Shown one piece after another: positions 30,586 through 44,918 of a DNA stretch of 64,000 nt (position 1 is the first letter of the stretch; each line of letters begins with the position of its first letter). Origin of the DNA: Eledone cirrhosa (Eukaryota); assembly GCA_964016885.1 (NCBI GenBank), contig OZ024745.1, forward strand, positions 55,738,001-55,802,000. Reading direction: 5' to 3'. The position numbers and the translations under genes are program-made. The notes under the pieces are model-generated. The model saw only the letters and a program-made list of their open reading frames with translations, was not told the DNA's origin and made no database searches.

Positions 30586-31246
30586 GGTGGTATGTGTGTA
30601 TGTATAACGCAGGTAAACGAATTTGAATAAACGTTTACGTATTTAATTAGATATTGGGATTCACACACATCTATGGTTCCGAAATGGAAACCCAGTGTCA
30701 CCATATCACACTTGATCTAAATAAATAGATGTATATATATATCTATAATGTTAAACATGTTACAAGCGATCGCCTTCTATGACTATATACCTCTGCATAT
30801 ATTTTCAGAATGTAGATCATGTCGACATATGTAGCATATGCAAAGTGCAAACAATGTAAGAATATGTGTTTTAAATTACTATTTTCGAGATTATGTCTTT
30901 AGAAGTTAACAGACAGTTTACCATAATCGGTTGAATAGTTGGCATTATAAGATTACTACTTTGCTGGATTTTTGTTTTGCTCTTTCATGCGTGTGTGACC
31001 AGTAAAAAAAAAGGAATAAAAGTGAGTTAATATAACAAAAATAATATCTAAACGATTATGTAGCCTTACGGCTCAAATAATCAAACCAACTAGCTCCATT
31101 GCACAGTAAATTATTATCTACTGTGTAATACTCAATAGGTCAACTATTTTCAAATATATATGAAGAGACACCTAATAGAATATAGTATTAGTTGCATTCA
31201 GTACAAAATCGCCATGGTTGAATTGAATATTCACAAGATTACACTC

Positions 31247-31341
<95 letters not shown>

Positions 31342-32204
31342 ACAGCAGTATGCTGATGGACCTTAATTTTGTCTGCAAATATAACTGTTATAAATACTGA
31401 ATAGCATCAACAACATAATAAGATAAACAAATTAAAATTAAGTGGCATTGATTTTGAGAAAACAATACATTAAATAAATATTAAAAATATATCCTGGTTC
31501 AATGTTATCATAACTAATATTTATAAAATTACAGATTTTTTAAAAACAAAAACGAAACGCCGCTCCTTGAAACATATATCCTTTCGTCTTCCACTTTTGA
31601 ACGTACTATTCTAAACTAGCTATTATTTTTCATTTTTTTTTTATTGAATATATATGCGCAAATCAAATGAAAATGATACGGCAGAATGAAAACTATCTTC
31701 CGTATGTGAGTGATTAGTCATATTCATGTGGAATGGAAAGTGGCAGTTGGTCTGAGAAGCTATTCGCAACTGAAATGCTCCAAATGGCATGTGTTTGATA
31801 TAGACAATGAAAACTGAAGCCAAATGCACATAGACATCAGGGGTCTTATCCTAACACCGTTCTTGTGTCTTTACGTGACAAGGACTATGGACCACAGATC
31901 AAAATTGAGCGTACACAACATCACAAACTTGTTTTCACCAACTAGCCTCCCCTCAGTCTTACTCCGAAGTAGAAGTTCGTGCCTGCCGTACCCAAAAGAG
32001 CTGCACAAATATTTGTACAGCTGCTCATACACAAAACTTATAATCTCCTGGGGGCATTTTAAAGAAAGATAATCCCGAATTAATTCATCCTTCACACTGT
32101 CCATATTTCTGATGGAAGTGAGATATTCTGTAAATCACGTGCAATTGGTGACTTAGACACTTGTGTCAGAGTTGCATTCCGTACATCATGTGCATTATTC
32201 AACA

Positions 32205-33150
32205 CTCAGAAAGTTGTGGCTAAAACACTTGAACGAGCAACCGTCATTCGTGATTTACGGTTTGCTTACGATGCAGCATTTGTTGCAACATAACTTGAAG
32301 AAGCACAAGAATTGATGTACTGCTTCTCGCGTTTGTGTAAATCGTTTGGTTTAAAATAATCATTAAGTAGACTGAAGTGGTTCATCAACAGAAGCCCACC
32401 TACCCCCTGATGGGTATAATATATTAGGCAGGGACAGCTGGGGCACAAGCATTTTCATGTTCCCATCATTGGTAATAGCAAGTATCTGAAGTATATAAAC
32501 TTGATTTACCTTGGCAGAGTTACTAGCTATTCATCCTTGGGTGAGGTGATCGCCAATCACGTAGTTATAGCATCTGACGCCTTTGGCAAACTATATCATC
32601 TTCTAGGGGGTGTCAGGTGTATATCCAGAAAAGAAGGGTGTAGTTTATTGTGTGTCATTGGCACACGGCCCTGAGTCATGGAAATCTACTGGAACCCACA
32701 TTTATAAGCTTGAGGTTTTTCATGAACATTATCTTCACTCTATGTGTTGCTATGCACTTTCTACTAGTATCTACAATGCCGAACTCTTCACGAGATGCAA
32801 TCACAACACAGATGGGCTGATCATGTCCAATGGATTACTGAGGACCGCACACTTGAGGTAGTCTTATATAATCAACTTCATAATTGTGCATGTAATATAA
32901 GCAGATAATTACTCAGATATAAAGACAAACTGAAGTACTCTTAATCAAGATCTCTTACGTTTTTGAATCCCTAGTTACGGGCCGTGGAAAATGAAAAACT
33001 GTCTACCATGAAGGACTAAAGAAGTTTGAAACATCTGGTCTGGTCCATCTCCGTTATCAAAAGTGAAACATCAAGATCCTATTAAGATCGACACTGATTC
33101 GCTGAAAATCCTGTCATCTGCATATGTCATCACAAATAAGGCTTCATGTC
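32205..33150 (+). mobile_element. Decayed RTE-clade LINE RT fragment
   Basis: VIRDLRFAYDAAFVA..EEAQELM..FS..CKSFGL, YLG, ASDAFGKL, ESW...KLEVFH..L in broken frames. Confidence 0.7.
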
Positions 33151-34286
33151 TAAATCCGCAGCCGTACTAAAGTAGCACTAAATGAGTAACGATAAAGATG
33201 GTCGGAGAAGTCTGCTGAACTCACATATGTCCCTATGCAACGGGGGGTGGGGGTGATCCATAATATTTATATATATATATGTATATATATATATGCATGT
33301 ATGTATAAGGGGTTGATATTCCCTATAATAAGTGCATTAAGTTTATGACCATATTTTCATTATTTTAAAACCATATTTGTTGGAAAACCAAATTTGTCGA
33401 AAATATAACGGTTTCCGAAGATAATTTTATCGATGTAACATATTTCTTTCACAAAGATATAGGTTTTCAAACGGAAATATTTGATGTTTTTCTCTTTGTC
33501 ACAAATACAGTATCTAGGCGTCTCCCAAAGTATAAAACAAAACATATTTTTCTTATATTTCAGACCGATACACATATTATAATTCAATCAATTTACCACC
33601 TTGTACACGCTCCCATCATAAAATTTGATATTGCAATAATATTGGAAAGATTCCACGTAGTGTAGATGTTTTGATCTAACATTTTAATAGTTTTTCTTAC
33701 CTTCGTATTTGTTGAAATATGTCTGAAAGTTTGACATCTTTTATTGACGATAATTTCCTAGTGATTTTATATCATTTTCTAGACAATAACACGATACATG
33801 ACGTTTAAATGCTTACAAGAAATTTTATATATTATATAACATTTAGTTTTAAATCACAGATAGAGAAACAGTTTTTTACCCATACTTGTGCCATATATGT
33901 ATTCCGTGAATTATGACAATGTATATTTATATTTCATTAACATATTAACATTATAATGTATGATCAGTAATTATGTAAATCAACAATTAGAGTCGACATT
34001 GAAAAGGTTCGATTTGTAACTATGGGAAGAATATATACACGCACGTGTGGATAAGACGTTTACCTAAAAGCATATATTACAAGGCATCATACCACTGTAC
34101 AGTCACTTATACAAGCAAATTCGCCTCATTTTCCGTGGTGACCAATGAAATGAAATGTGTATGAAATAAAACTGTAAAAGTCTACGTAGAAACCCAGCAT
34201 ATATATATATATGTGTGTTTGTGTGTGTGTGTGTGTATGTGTGCGTGTGTGAGTGTGTGTGTGCATATATGTGTGCATGTGTGAGT

Positions 34287-34323
<37 letters not shown>

Positions 34324-34349
34324 GATGAGTGTGTATGTGTGTGTGTAAC

Positions 34350-34850
34350 GCAAAATTTAGACCAACTGTTTTTGGTATAAATGATCCTTTCTATAGAAGT
34401 TCCAGGTTCATCGCCAGACATCTCAAACCACTCCTTCACACTTTCTCCGGACCAGTAGACAGTTCACAAGAAGTTATCGACAGGCTAAAACCACTTGACC
34501 CCCACCACACTTGGGCAGAATATACACCCATTTAGTTTAGACATAATTTATTTCTAAACCTCTGTCCCCACCTCCACGGCCACCAACTTATTTACAGAGA
34601 ACATCATCACCTCTACCGCTCTCAGTTGTGTTGGGCTACTGACATCTGCGAACTGCTGTCTATCGTCATGTTCAACAACCTTTTCCATTTTGAGGGCTCT
34701 GTATACAAAAAAATCTCAGTATTTCCGATGGGATCGAATTTTTAATGCCAGATGTGGCCATCACATACATGGACCAGTTGAAGCCCGCAGGACTCAACAC
34801 CCACTACTCTTCTTTTTTCTTCTCGATGTACGTGAATTACATCCTTATGC
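34350..34850 (+). pseudogene. Decayed PLE RT fragment
   Basis: KFRPTVFGINDPFY..S.FIA..LKPLL; FHFEGSVYK....PMGS; degenerate YVDD-like motif. Confidence 0.7.
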
Positions 34851-37372
34851 ACATTTCATCATGTGAAGAAGAAGCTGTTAAGATCTGCATTTTTGAAAGC
34901 TGACGCACACAAAGTATTAAGGCTTCCGCTGTAACATAGCTGTATACATATAAGAGCGAACACCTTAATTATATAAATAGAAATAAATAAAAGTTAAATA
35001 AACAAAAAACGTACAGGAAAATAGCAGTAAAATATATCAATATAGGAAACTTATTTAACAAAAAATCTTAACGCAAATTTTAATTCAGGTACCCCTCATT
35101 TATATGCAAATGTTATTATGTTCAACATTCGTAGTGTGGCTAATGCTTTAGTATCGGCAAACATAAAGTTCATAATAACTGATATGGGAATTTCAAAGCT
35201 TTAATGTTTTCCTGTGAATAACACTCATATTTACTCCAGTTCCATCTATAATCTGTGTTTTCGCTTAAAATTCTTATGTCCTTGAAACGTGGATTTTGCC
35301 TTCATATAATTTTGCATGGACGTGATGTAATTCTGCTTAATATATATTGTGACATATTTTTATATATCGGTGTACTAATAGAAATATATTTTTCATTTTT
35401 ATAATCTTCCTCAAATCACCCGCTAATATTTCCATAATAGAAATAACCACAGGATTATAAGCATGGGCCACAATATATATATAGTATGGTCATACGCGAA
35501 AACATTTCATACTAGTACTTGCTGATTTCCATAATGAACACATTTTAGAATTGAAGGAAAAACTTAGTTCCGCTATAGCTAACACAATTCCATCAGAAAC
35601 TAACATTCTAAATGAAACAACTACATCAAATCTGCTTACACAACGTACATAAAATCCGTAAATTATTGACAATATTTAATTTATGTCATTATAAATATGT
35701 TATAAGTATACCATGTTAACATCTAATGTACGTTATTTACTAATATTAATTGTGTAATATAACATTTTTATTTGATGTAATATTTTTTATATTAATTGAT
35801 TAAATATTTAAATTAAAATTATTTTTTTATGCGATATGCTTCTTCAAAATAATGAATTTGTAAATTAATTCAATTCCCAAGATACAAATATTGCATATTT
35901 ACGTATTATGTTGCGATTACTTATGAGTATTGAAATAGATAACATTTGATCTAGAGGACATAACGTTTTATAACGTAATAGGAATATGTCCATTTTGAGG
36001 AACGGAAAAATTTAATGAAATTCATCCCATTAATAGTGTCATTTTATTTTATCGAAAGTTTAAAAGCAAATTTAATCAGTTTAGGATTTGAAATTGGTAT
36101 GTAAATAAACGGAAATTAATACTGATACATCTCATAAAAATAATATAATTGAAATATATAGTGACAATAATTAAGCAAAATTTTACTTTGTCCTTTTTTA
36201 ACAACTTTTCTCAGGTTTTACACAATATTCAGGCCGTTATATTAACATATTCGAAAACTGATTGAGTGTCACTGTCATGTATTACCTTATTTGTACAGTA
36301 TTCACAAAGTTATATGAATGGAACATACACAGATATTGATATAATTGGTGTTTTGTTCGAAAGATGAAATGTTATAGCAACTAATCTTGAGCGTAAACTT
36401 CTAACATCCTGTCCACAGTGGATAGCTGAGATATGATTGTATTGGATATAAACAAACGAAACTATACTGCTAGATTGCGTTTATGACTAATGTGTAGATT
36501 TCATTTGCACACAGTTCCAAGCAGCCACAGAAATATTACGAGTATGATATGCCTAATATAAGAAAAACGCTTAGCTATTTAATCCCAAGAGTAAATTCGC
36601 GTGCACCTAACCGATGGCATGTTTTTGATGTATCTAAATAGTTTATTCGTGCATGTAATTTGATTTTATACGCTCCCTAGACTCTCTTAAGGGATTGATT
36701 TAATTTCAACAAATTTTCAAGTTGATAGAGTAGTGCAACATTTACTTATCACATATTAGTGATTGAAGTGCTTGATTTTATTAGTAGATGAGACGAATTC
36801 ATTATATTTAGTAACGTAATGCAGTTTAGAACCAAGTAAACGTTGTGAATTGTTGCGTTCATTCAATATATATTCCTAATTTGATGCCTATAAATAGGTT
36901 ATTCACATAAAAGTGTGCACAAGGTCTGATTGAAAAATTGAAATTTATGCTATGAAGAATAATATACACGAAAAATCTAAGAGCATATATTTTTAATACA
37001 GTTCACACAGAATAACACATTTTATCTGGAAACTACGCGCACAAACATGCACGCAAACACATTATCTCTCTCCCTCACTCTCTCTCTCCCTCCCTCTCTC
37101 TCTCTCTTTCTCTCTCTCTTCTTACGCACACACACATATATACATATATACATACTAAGCGAGAGAAAGAGGGAGGGAGATAGGGGGGAGAGGGAGAGAG
37201 AGAGAAAAACACAATTAGAAATCTGTGAATATGCCCATAGATGTATGCCAATATTGTATATTAGTGGAAGCCACTTTACTGTAAAAATAATTTCTTGTTG
37301 GTTTTGTGCGATGAAAAATTCTACAGGAAATTTATAAGATAAAGTTGATATGCGTACAATATATATATTTAA

Positions 37373-37446
<74 letters not shown>

Positions 37447-38929
37447 ATTTTAAGCTGGTTTGTTCTATTATTGCATATCTCAATGAATTTTGTAGAAGCA
37501 GTGATATTATGAGGAATTACGTTTACTGTCACATTCAGGCCAGATTACGTGGACCCAGCCTGAGAATTAATTTCAAATGAGCCAAGTAGACAAATGTATT
37601 TATATATATGCATTTATTCGTGTTTTCCTCGGTTCTCAAGTGCTCAGTTTCTACTGTACTTGTGTTTAGATTAAATTGATAAAATTCAGTTGAATACATT
37701 TAAATAGAGATACAGTTAATACATTAGTGTTGTGTGAGGTTATTGTGGGACAAATCAATATACTTTTCTTTCTGTCAGATTGGATTTTTTTAGTTGTGAT
37801 ATAGGAAGCTAATGTGTGACATTGTTATCACCTTAAACTTTTCCAAAACATTTAAATAAATCATGCTACGTGTGCTACATTGTATATATAGCCATAGGTT
37901 TCGTATCATATGTAAATGATTTGTAGAATATGTATAATAATACAAGCAGTGAAAATAGGCTCGGTCCATTAAATATTTATTATCATACATGGGCGAAGGG
38001 CCTAGCAGTATAATCTGTTATGTAGAGGCTACTTTTTATATGTTTTTAGCGGTTTCTCTCTGTGTAACATCATCTTCCAATTCAAATTATTGGTCATTTG
38101 ATAAAGATTCAATTCCGTTTTCATAATGTGTTTATTTCCATGACATCATCAGATTGTATGATCAGAAATGGATGGATTGTTCAAGAAAACATAAGCTGAT
38201 TTATGTAAAAGTTTAATTGTCTTTTCGGATGAAATTTAAGCGCGGAAATTCCAAATTATCGAGATATGCGTCAGGCAGTATTTATTCTTCCCTTCTTGGA
38301 TTCAATGTCACAACGCCGTGGGGATCGATATTCATGCTTCTGTGCATCAGTGGATAGTGAGATCCAAGAAAACTGACATTGACGTAGATCTGGAATGTAA
38401 TGAACCTTGGATTTGGTAATATTCTCATCTCATTAACCATATCTGAAGTATGTTAGTGTTTTGTAACAATGCATATTTGTAATTTCTATTGAAAAGAAAA
38501 GAAAACCAAAGTACTTAAGGATTCTTTCGAAATGAAGAACAGTGTACATAATTGGAGGACAAGTTTAGAAACGAGAGTGGCTAGGATAACATTTTAGTTT
38601 CAAAGCAAATGTTCTTAGATGAGCGACGAAAATCAGCATAACAAAGGCAACGGAACGATATATAGTAACGTTAAGTAATATATCATTATTTCATTGTGTC
38701 CACATCTAGTGTTATTCTTCTGCCATCCTCATTTATTGTTTATTTCAAACAATAAGACATCGAAGCCAATATTACTAACGATTATTATATTTAGTCATTT
38801 AGTCTTCATATATTCAACGAATACTTATTTCGACTGATGTTTTAGGCATACCTTTAAAACAAGTATTTACATAAATGTGTGTATGGTGTCAGTGTCTGTG
38901 TGAGTGAATATATATATATATATATAAGT

Positions 38930-39494
38930 ATACCGAATTAGGTATTTACACTTATATATATATATATACAGTAGTAATAGGTAAGTAAACATATCCTAGA
39001 TGTAGCGCAATTGAAGTCCTTATGATGGAAACCTGTCATGTAGACACATTACACCCGATCCGACAAGTCAGGCAATTAGGCCTTTTTAGTAAAAGTATCG
39101 TGGAATTTTACCCGTCGATATTCAGTGACTTATTCGATAAGGCCCTGGGGTTCACTGCTAGATTTAAGATATAGATGACTTAGACATAGATATATATATA
39201 CATATAAATTTCAAGAATAAGCGAGACAAACACAGAGATACAAAAGCACAGTGATATATTACCAGTCGTTCCAACACATCTATATCTTTAAATCTAGCAG
39301 TGAATTCCATAGCCTTATCGAATAAGTCACTGAATATCGACGGGTAAAATTCCACGATACTTTTACTAAACAGGCCTAATAGTCTGACTTGTCGGGTCGG
39401 GTGTAATGTGTCTACATGACAGGTTTCCATGATAAGCACTTCAATTGTGCTACATCTAGGATATTTTTACCTACCCATTACTACTGTATTTATA

Positions 39495-39549
<55 letters not shown>

Positions 39550-39568
39550 TTTGAGTTTATGTTGGTTG

Positions 39569-39632
<64 letters not shown>

Positions 39633-39815
39633 TATATATACATGCAGTAGTAATGGGTAGGTAAAAATATCCTAGATGTAGCACAATTGAAGTGCTTATC
39701 ATGGAAACCTGTCATGTAGACACATTACACCCGACCCAACAAGTCAGACTATTAGGCCTGTTTAGTAAAAGTATCGTGGAATTTTACCCGTCGATATATA
39801 TATATATATTACCAG

Positions 39816-39871
<56 letters not shown>

Positions 39872-39890
39872 GTAAATACATAATTCGGTA
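38930..39890. repeat. Fold-back cluster: ~210-bp unit in +/-/+ orientation containing a Naiad-like RT fragment
   Basis: Copies at 38965-39177 (+), 39277-39488 (-) and 39645-39796 (+). Encodes IVEFYPSIFSDLFDKAMEF. Outer 23-bp inverted repeat at 38930-38952 and 39868-39890. Confidence 0.85.
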
Positions 39891-40099
39891 CCAAATACCA
39901 TGAGATTTGCACCTAGAATATTTCGCACCGAGGCAGAAGTCTGGGAAAGGTTCTTAGTGGAAGACCAGCAGTCAGCCAAGCAGGACAACCTACCCTCTTT
40001 ATGCCATCGATATTGTTCAAGGAAAAGGCAATGACTGATACAATGCGGTACTAGAGACGTCACAAATCCATTTCTACGGTTGATTAAACCGAGCCGCGC

Positions 40100-40173
40100 A
40101 AAATAAAATTCTTCCTGAAGGACGCATCACCTGGTCTGAGAATTAAACTCACAACCACACGATTGCAAACCCA
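40100..40173 (-). mobile_element. Degenerate tRNA-derived SINE head
   Basis: Minus strand TGGCTTAGTGG...GCAATCGTGTGGTTGTGAGTTTAATTCTC. Confidence 0.5.
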
Positions 40174-40247
40174 ATGTGTAATCCACTAAGCCATACACAT
40201 TCACACACACATTCACATACACGCACACATACACATATATATATATA

Positions 40248-40385
40248 TAACGAAGGAGGTGTGGTAAATTATCAGATGGACCATAACTCTCCAGAGTACT
40301 CAATTCTCAGGGTAGTAGAGTGGGTAATAGGAAAATGTTTAACCCCCACGGCAGAGCTCAAGCGATGGCTATTTCTGGACTAAAA
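40248..40385 (-). mobile_element. 3' end and tail of a family D relative
   Basis: Reverse complement aligns with 19440-19563 (TTAGTCCAGAAATAGCC...CATTTTCCTA...TTGAGTACTCTGG...CTCCTTCGTTATA). Confidence 0.75.
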
Positions 40386-40489
40386 GACAGGTCACAGCGA
40401 AGGGGAAAGCATATATGAATCATTTATTATACTTAAATGCAACAACACAGTTCGCCATTTTTTATTCATATATGCTTTCCCCTCGCTGA

Positions 40490-40960
40490 GACCTGTCTTT
40501 TTTCTCTTCTCTTACTGCTATCCTATTTCTCTCTCCCTCTTCTCTCTCCTTCTCCATCTTACTTTCACTCACCCCCTTTGCTAGACACCCTCTCTCGGCT
40601 AGCCTCTGCCTCGCACTTTCACTCACTCACTCTCTGCTACTCACCCTCTATCTTACTTCCTCCATCGTCCGACACCGTACGCTATCTTCTTCCACGTCAA
40701 CATTCGCACGTTCTTATTTTCGAAATGAATTATTGACTTGATTTTTTCATTTTTTTACTCTTTACGTTGCCTCACCATTCGTGTCTCTTTACATGTCTGT
40801 CTCTTTCTCCACCCAACTATTTTTACCCCAATAACTTATTTTAGTTATTGTATCGCCCTAGCTGGAGGTATATTGTCTGTAATGCAAAGAAATACCTATG
40901 ATGGCTAGTAAACAACTGATGGCGGATATTCCTAAGTTCTATTGCTAATTCTTCATTTAT
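40490..40960 (+). repeat. Family G relative (pyrimidine-rich pLTR-like segment)
   Basis: CACTTTCACTCACTCACTCTCTG and GAGGTATAT.GTCT.TAA.GC.A.GAAATACC.ATGA.GGCT shared with the reverse complement of 24590-25050. Confidence 0.6.
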
Positions 40961-41121
40961 TATATATATATATATATTGTTATACTTTGGCAGGGTCATC
41001 TTGCCAATAAGAAACACACGCACCAGTTGCTTTCACTTCAATTTATTATAAATTAAATTTAGGAATTTATAAATTTCCGGTTGGTTGGTTGATTCCACAA
41101 CCAGATGATTGTTCATATATT

Positions 41122-41164
41122 GTCAAAGTTCTTTCGTCACACATTCTGTGACCTCTTCAGTGAC
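41122..41164 (-). ncRNA. Minimal type I hammerhead motif (family A, inverted pLTR)
   Basis: Reverse complement: GTCA-CTGAAGA-GGTCACAGAATGTGTGAC-GAAAGAAC-TT-TGAC. Confidence 0.75.
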
Positions 41165-41888
41165 TGGGGATTATTTTCTTTGTTTTTGTGCCTCTCCTTT
41201 GTTCTGTCCTACGCCATCTTGTTTTTGTGTGTGTTGTGTGCTTAGTTTGCACATGTGTTACATCCGGGTGTCTGTTTATTTTTTTATTTATTTGTCTGTT
41301 TACATGTCTTTCTCTTTCTCAACCCAACTATTTATCCCAATATCTTATTTTAGTTATTGTATCGCCCTAGCTGGAGGTATATTGTCTGTAATGCAAAGAA
41401 ATACCTATGATGGCTAGTAGACGACTAGGAGCCTCAAAAACAAAAACAAAAGTAACAACATACGCACACACACACACGCACATACAACGCATATCCCAAC
41501 AACAAGAGACATACAGACACAAACAACGATAACAACAACACACACATCAACAACCACAATAATAACATACTCAGAAACAACAACAACAGACACGCAGACA
41601 CAAACAACAATAACAACACAAGCAACAATAATAACATACACGGAGACAACAACAACGACACACACCAATAACAGCACGCATCAACAACAACAACAACACA
41701 CACACATTCTATGCCTCTTACCACCACCACAATCTTAACAAACACACAGACACAGAAAACAGGTAATGACAGTAACACAGAAATAAGGGAAGGTAATAGG
41801 ATTGAAAGGAGAAGGGAGACTATCGATACTGACAGAGAAAATAATCAGGACGAACACACAGACACACAAACTAGAGTAGATAATAACA

Positions 41889-44399
41889 ATGAGCCAGAGG
41901 AAAGAGACAGGTGTAATAATTAAAGACAGAAACAACCATGTGGCTGTTGGTGGAAATAGAAATGGAAACAACACAACTAACAATAACAATAACATTAGTG
42001 CACATAAAGCAGCAGCCTGGAACTCTACTTTTTATAATCCTTCCGATATGTCATTCGACCTGCGACGAGTCCACGCCACGACTTTAGCTTTTAACAAACG
42101 CACGCAATTGCCATCGCAGGTCGATGAACAAACAGAAGCACAATTTAGTATAGCTAGATCTAAACTTAGAAATATTATAGAACAGTATAGCAAGAAGCAA
42201 AATAGAATGGTGGCCCAGCAACTCGGAGAAAAATCTGCAAATGGCTTGCGTAAGCTCATGCAGCGCTCGCGTAATGGAGAGATTGCATGCTTTCCAACAG
42301 ACAAGTCTGGCAGAATGTCGGTTGACAGTCTGTCAAACTACATCCAGGCAATGCAACCCCACATCACTAACACAAGAGAAGTAACACCACGAGAGCATGA
42401 GGATAGGGGAAAAAACCCTCAATGCTCATATGATGATGTGGACAAATATAATGCAGCCCAACAAAAGGACTGCCAACAACTTCCAGGCCTGGAACAATGA
42501 CGTGACAGCGTTTAATGGGCTTCGAAAAGACCATCAAACGAGCAGTGACCCTGTCACAGGACCACCAAGACGGCCAGTCTGTGGAGCTAACATTGCTAGT
42601 AACTACAGACTTTCCTACTTCCTCTCCCTGATCATACCTCATCATTGAAATGTCCCCAGATATATGTGACAGCACGGAGGACCTCCTCAGCAGAATCGGC
42701 GAGAGTAACCGATCTAGGGACCTAACAACTGCATAATAGGTAGTATGGATGTTGTGTCCCTGTATCCATCTATTGACGTGGATTTTGCTGTGGAGAAATG
42801 CGTAGAAATGATCAGAGAGAGCAATGTTGAATTCCGTGGGATTGATACATTGAGCTGGGACTCCTACTTAAACTTACCTATAGTACTGATTATCTACATA
42901 CATATGGCCTTAGCAACCTGTGCCCTACAAGACCAGCAAGAGGAAGACCACCTACCATTACCTAAATGGCCAAGAAAACCCACACAGATAGATGGAACGG
43001 GTGGACCAGAGCCATACAGACCCCCGAAAACCACGATGAACTAAAGAAAATGATTGCACATGCGGTGGGGGCCAGTATAAAATAAACCCTTAATGAACAT
43101 ATGTTCAAATTTAATGGAAAAACATATGCCCAGGATGAGGGAGCAGCCATTGGTGTTAGCATTGCAGGTGACATAGCTAACCTATTCATGGTATGGTGGG
43201 ACAATAGACTTAAAATTAAACTTAAAGAACAATTAGAAGACAGCAACCCCTTAACCCAGATAATGTACTCTCGCTACGTTGATGATATAAACATCGTAGT
43301 AAAAACACCCCACTAGAGAACAGTCAGGAATTAGAGAGAAACTCCATGGAAAGCATCCAGCAAATAGCTAACTCCATCCACCAGAGTATTAGAGTTACTA
43401 TAGACTACCCAAGCAAAAGCCCCAACCATCGATTACCTGTACTAGACACATAGGTCTGGTTAGATACCATTAATACCCCAAAACAAATCCTCCATTCCCA
43501 TTATGCCAAACCCATGACTTCCAAATATCTGATCCGCCGAAACTCAGCTGTTTCGGACCATACCAAAATCAACATACTGATTGCGGATTTGGTACGGGTG
43601 ATGAGAAACGTGTCCCGCATGTGCAACCCCAAAGAACTAGAGAGACACATACAACACTTCATCCACCGTATGCAGTTCTCTGGTTACAATCAGAGAGATA
43701 AAATCAGAGTATATAGAGGAGCCAGAAGCAAATGGGAAAAAATGTTAAATAATGATACAAATGGGACCTGTCCTTTGTATAGGAGCAAATTTTGGAATAG
43801 AATAGAAAGATCTAGGAATAAGGTTAATAGAATAAACTCATGGTATGATAGCAATAAATACCAGAGTGTAATGTTCATCGATGCAACCTCTAGATGTGAA
43901 TTAGCTTACAAATTTAGAAGGGCCCTAGATAAACATAAACTCAATATTAAGATAGTAGAAAGACCAGGTACCTCCATAAAAACACTTATTAGCATACCCT
44001 TTTCAAAGACCTCCCTGTATAGATAAGAAATGTATAATCTGTAAATTAAGCCCCCATATTAACTGTAAAACTAGAAATGTAGTATATAGCATAAGATGTA
44101 CTGAAGGACAATGTAGAGATACGAATATAGTGTACATAGGTGAGACAGCATGTAGTATAGGGGTACGGAAAAATGAACACTGGCGAGAGCTTCAAGATAG
44201 TAAAGCATCATCTGTACTCCACCAACATGCTAAAATAGAACATAAGGGTAAATTAGAGAACATAGAAATAAAAATAGAATCTACACACAGAAAAGACGCA
44301 ATGTTTAGACAAATCACAGAGGCAATAAACATAAATGAACTCCAACCAAATTTAAATAGAAAACATGAATGGAACAGCAACATCAGAACTTACAATTAA
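41889..44399 (+). pseudogene. PLE RT-GIY-YIG polyprotein with multiple frameshifts and stops
   Basis: PTDKSGR, RPVCGA, SMDVVSLYPSID, YAQDEGAAIG, RYVDD, DYPS...LPVLD, KP..SK, MQFSGY, C..C...CKTRNVVY...YIGET...R..EH, R.ITEA..I...LNRK. Confidence 0.92.
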
Positions 44400-44605
44400 G
44401 GACAAAATGAAAACACACGCACACATAGAACAAACAACCACCCAGTAACATGTAAATAAATAAATAAATAAACAAATATAAACACACACAGGCACCCACA
44501 GACACCCGGATGTAACACATGCGCAAACTAAGCACACGACACACAAAAACAAGATTGCGTAGGACAGAACAAAGGAGAGGCACGAAAACAAAAAAAGAAT
44601 CCCCA

Positions 44606-44648
44606 GTCACTGAAGAGGTCACATAATGTGTGACGAAAGAACTTTGAC
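44606..44648 (+). ncRNA. Minimal type I hammerhead motif (family A 3' pLTR)
   Basis: GTCA-CTGAAGA-G-GTCACA(TAATG)TGTGAC-GAAA-GAAC-TT-TGAC; CUU triplet. Confidence 0.78.
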
Positions 44649-44858
44649 AATAAATGAACAATCATCTAGTTGTGGAACCAACCAACCAGCCAGAAATTTA
44701 TAAATTCCTAAATTTATAAATTTAATTTATAATAAATTGAAGTGAAAGCATCTAGTGCGTGTGTTTCTTATTGGCAACGTGACCCTCCCAAAGTATTACA
44801 ATATCGGTTTCAACACACGTTTTCAGATAAAGAATCTTGCTAAACAAATTCAGAAACG

Positions 44859-44914
<56 letters not shown>

Positions 44915-44918
<4 letters not shown>

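Larger units (their letters stand above)
40974..44861 (+). mobile_element. Near-full-length Penelope-like retroelement (family A) with inverted 5' pLTR, 3' pLTR and tail
   Basis: Inverted pLTR 40974-41306; disrupted RT + GIY-YIG ORF; 3' pLTR about 44400-44804; tail to 44861; both ends abut (TA)n. Confidence 0.93.

Noticed and set aside
31871-32104. Minus-strand 77-aa ORF resembling a transposase N-terminal HTH
   Set aside because: Too short, with no diagnostic motif I can confirm without a search.
37989-38443. Minus-strand exon candidate (CTAAC branch point plus TTCAG)
   Set aside because: All frames examined contain stops and no recognisable protein motif.
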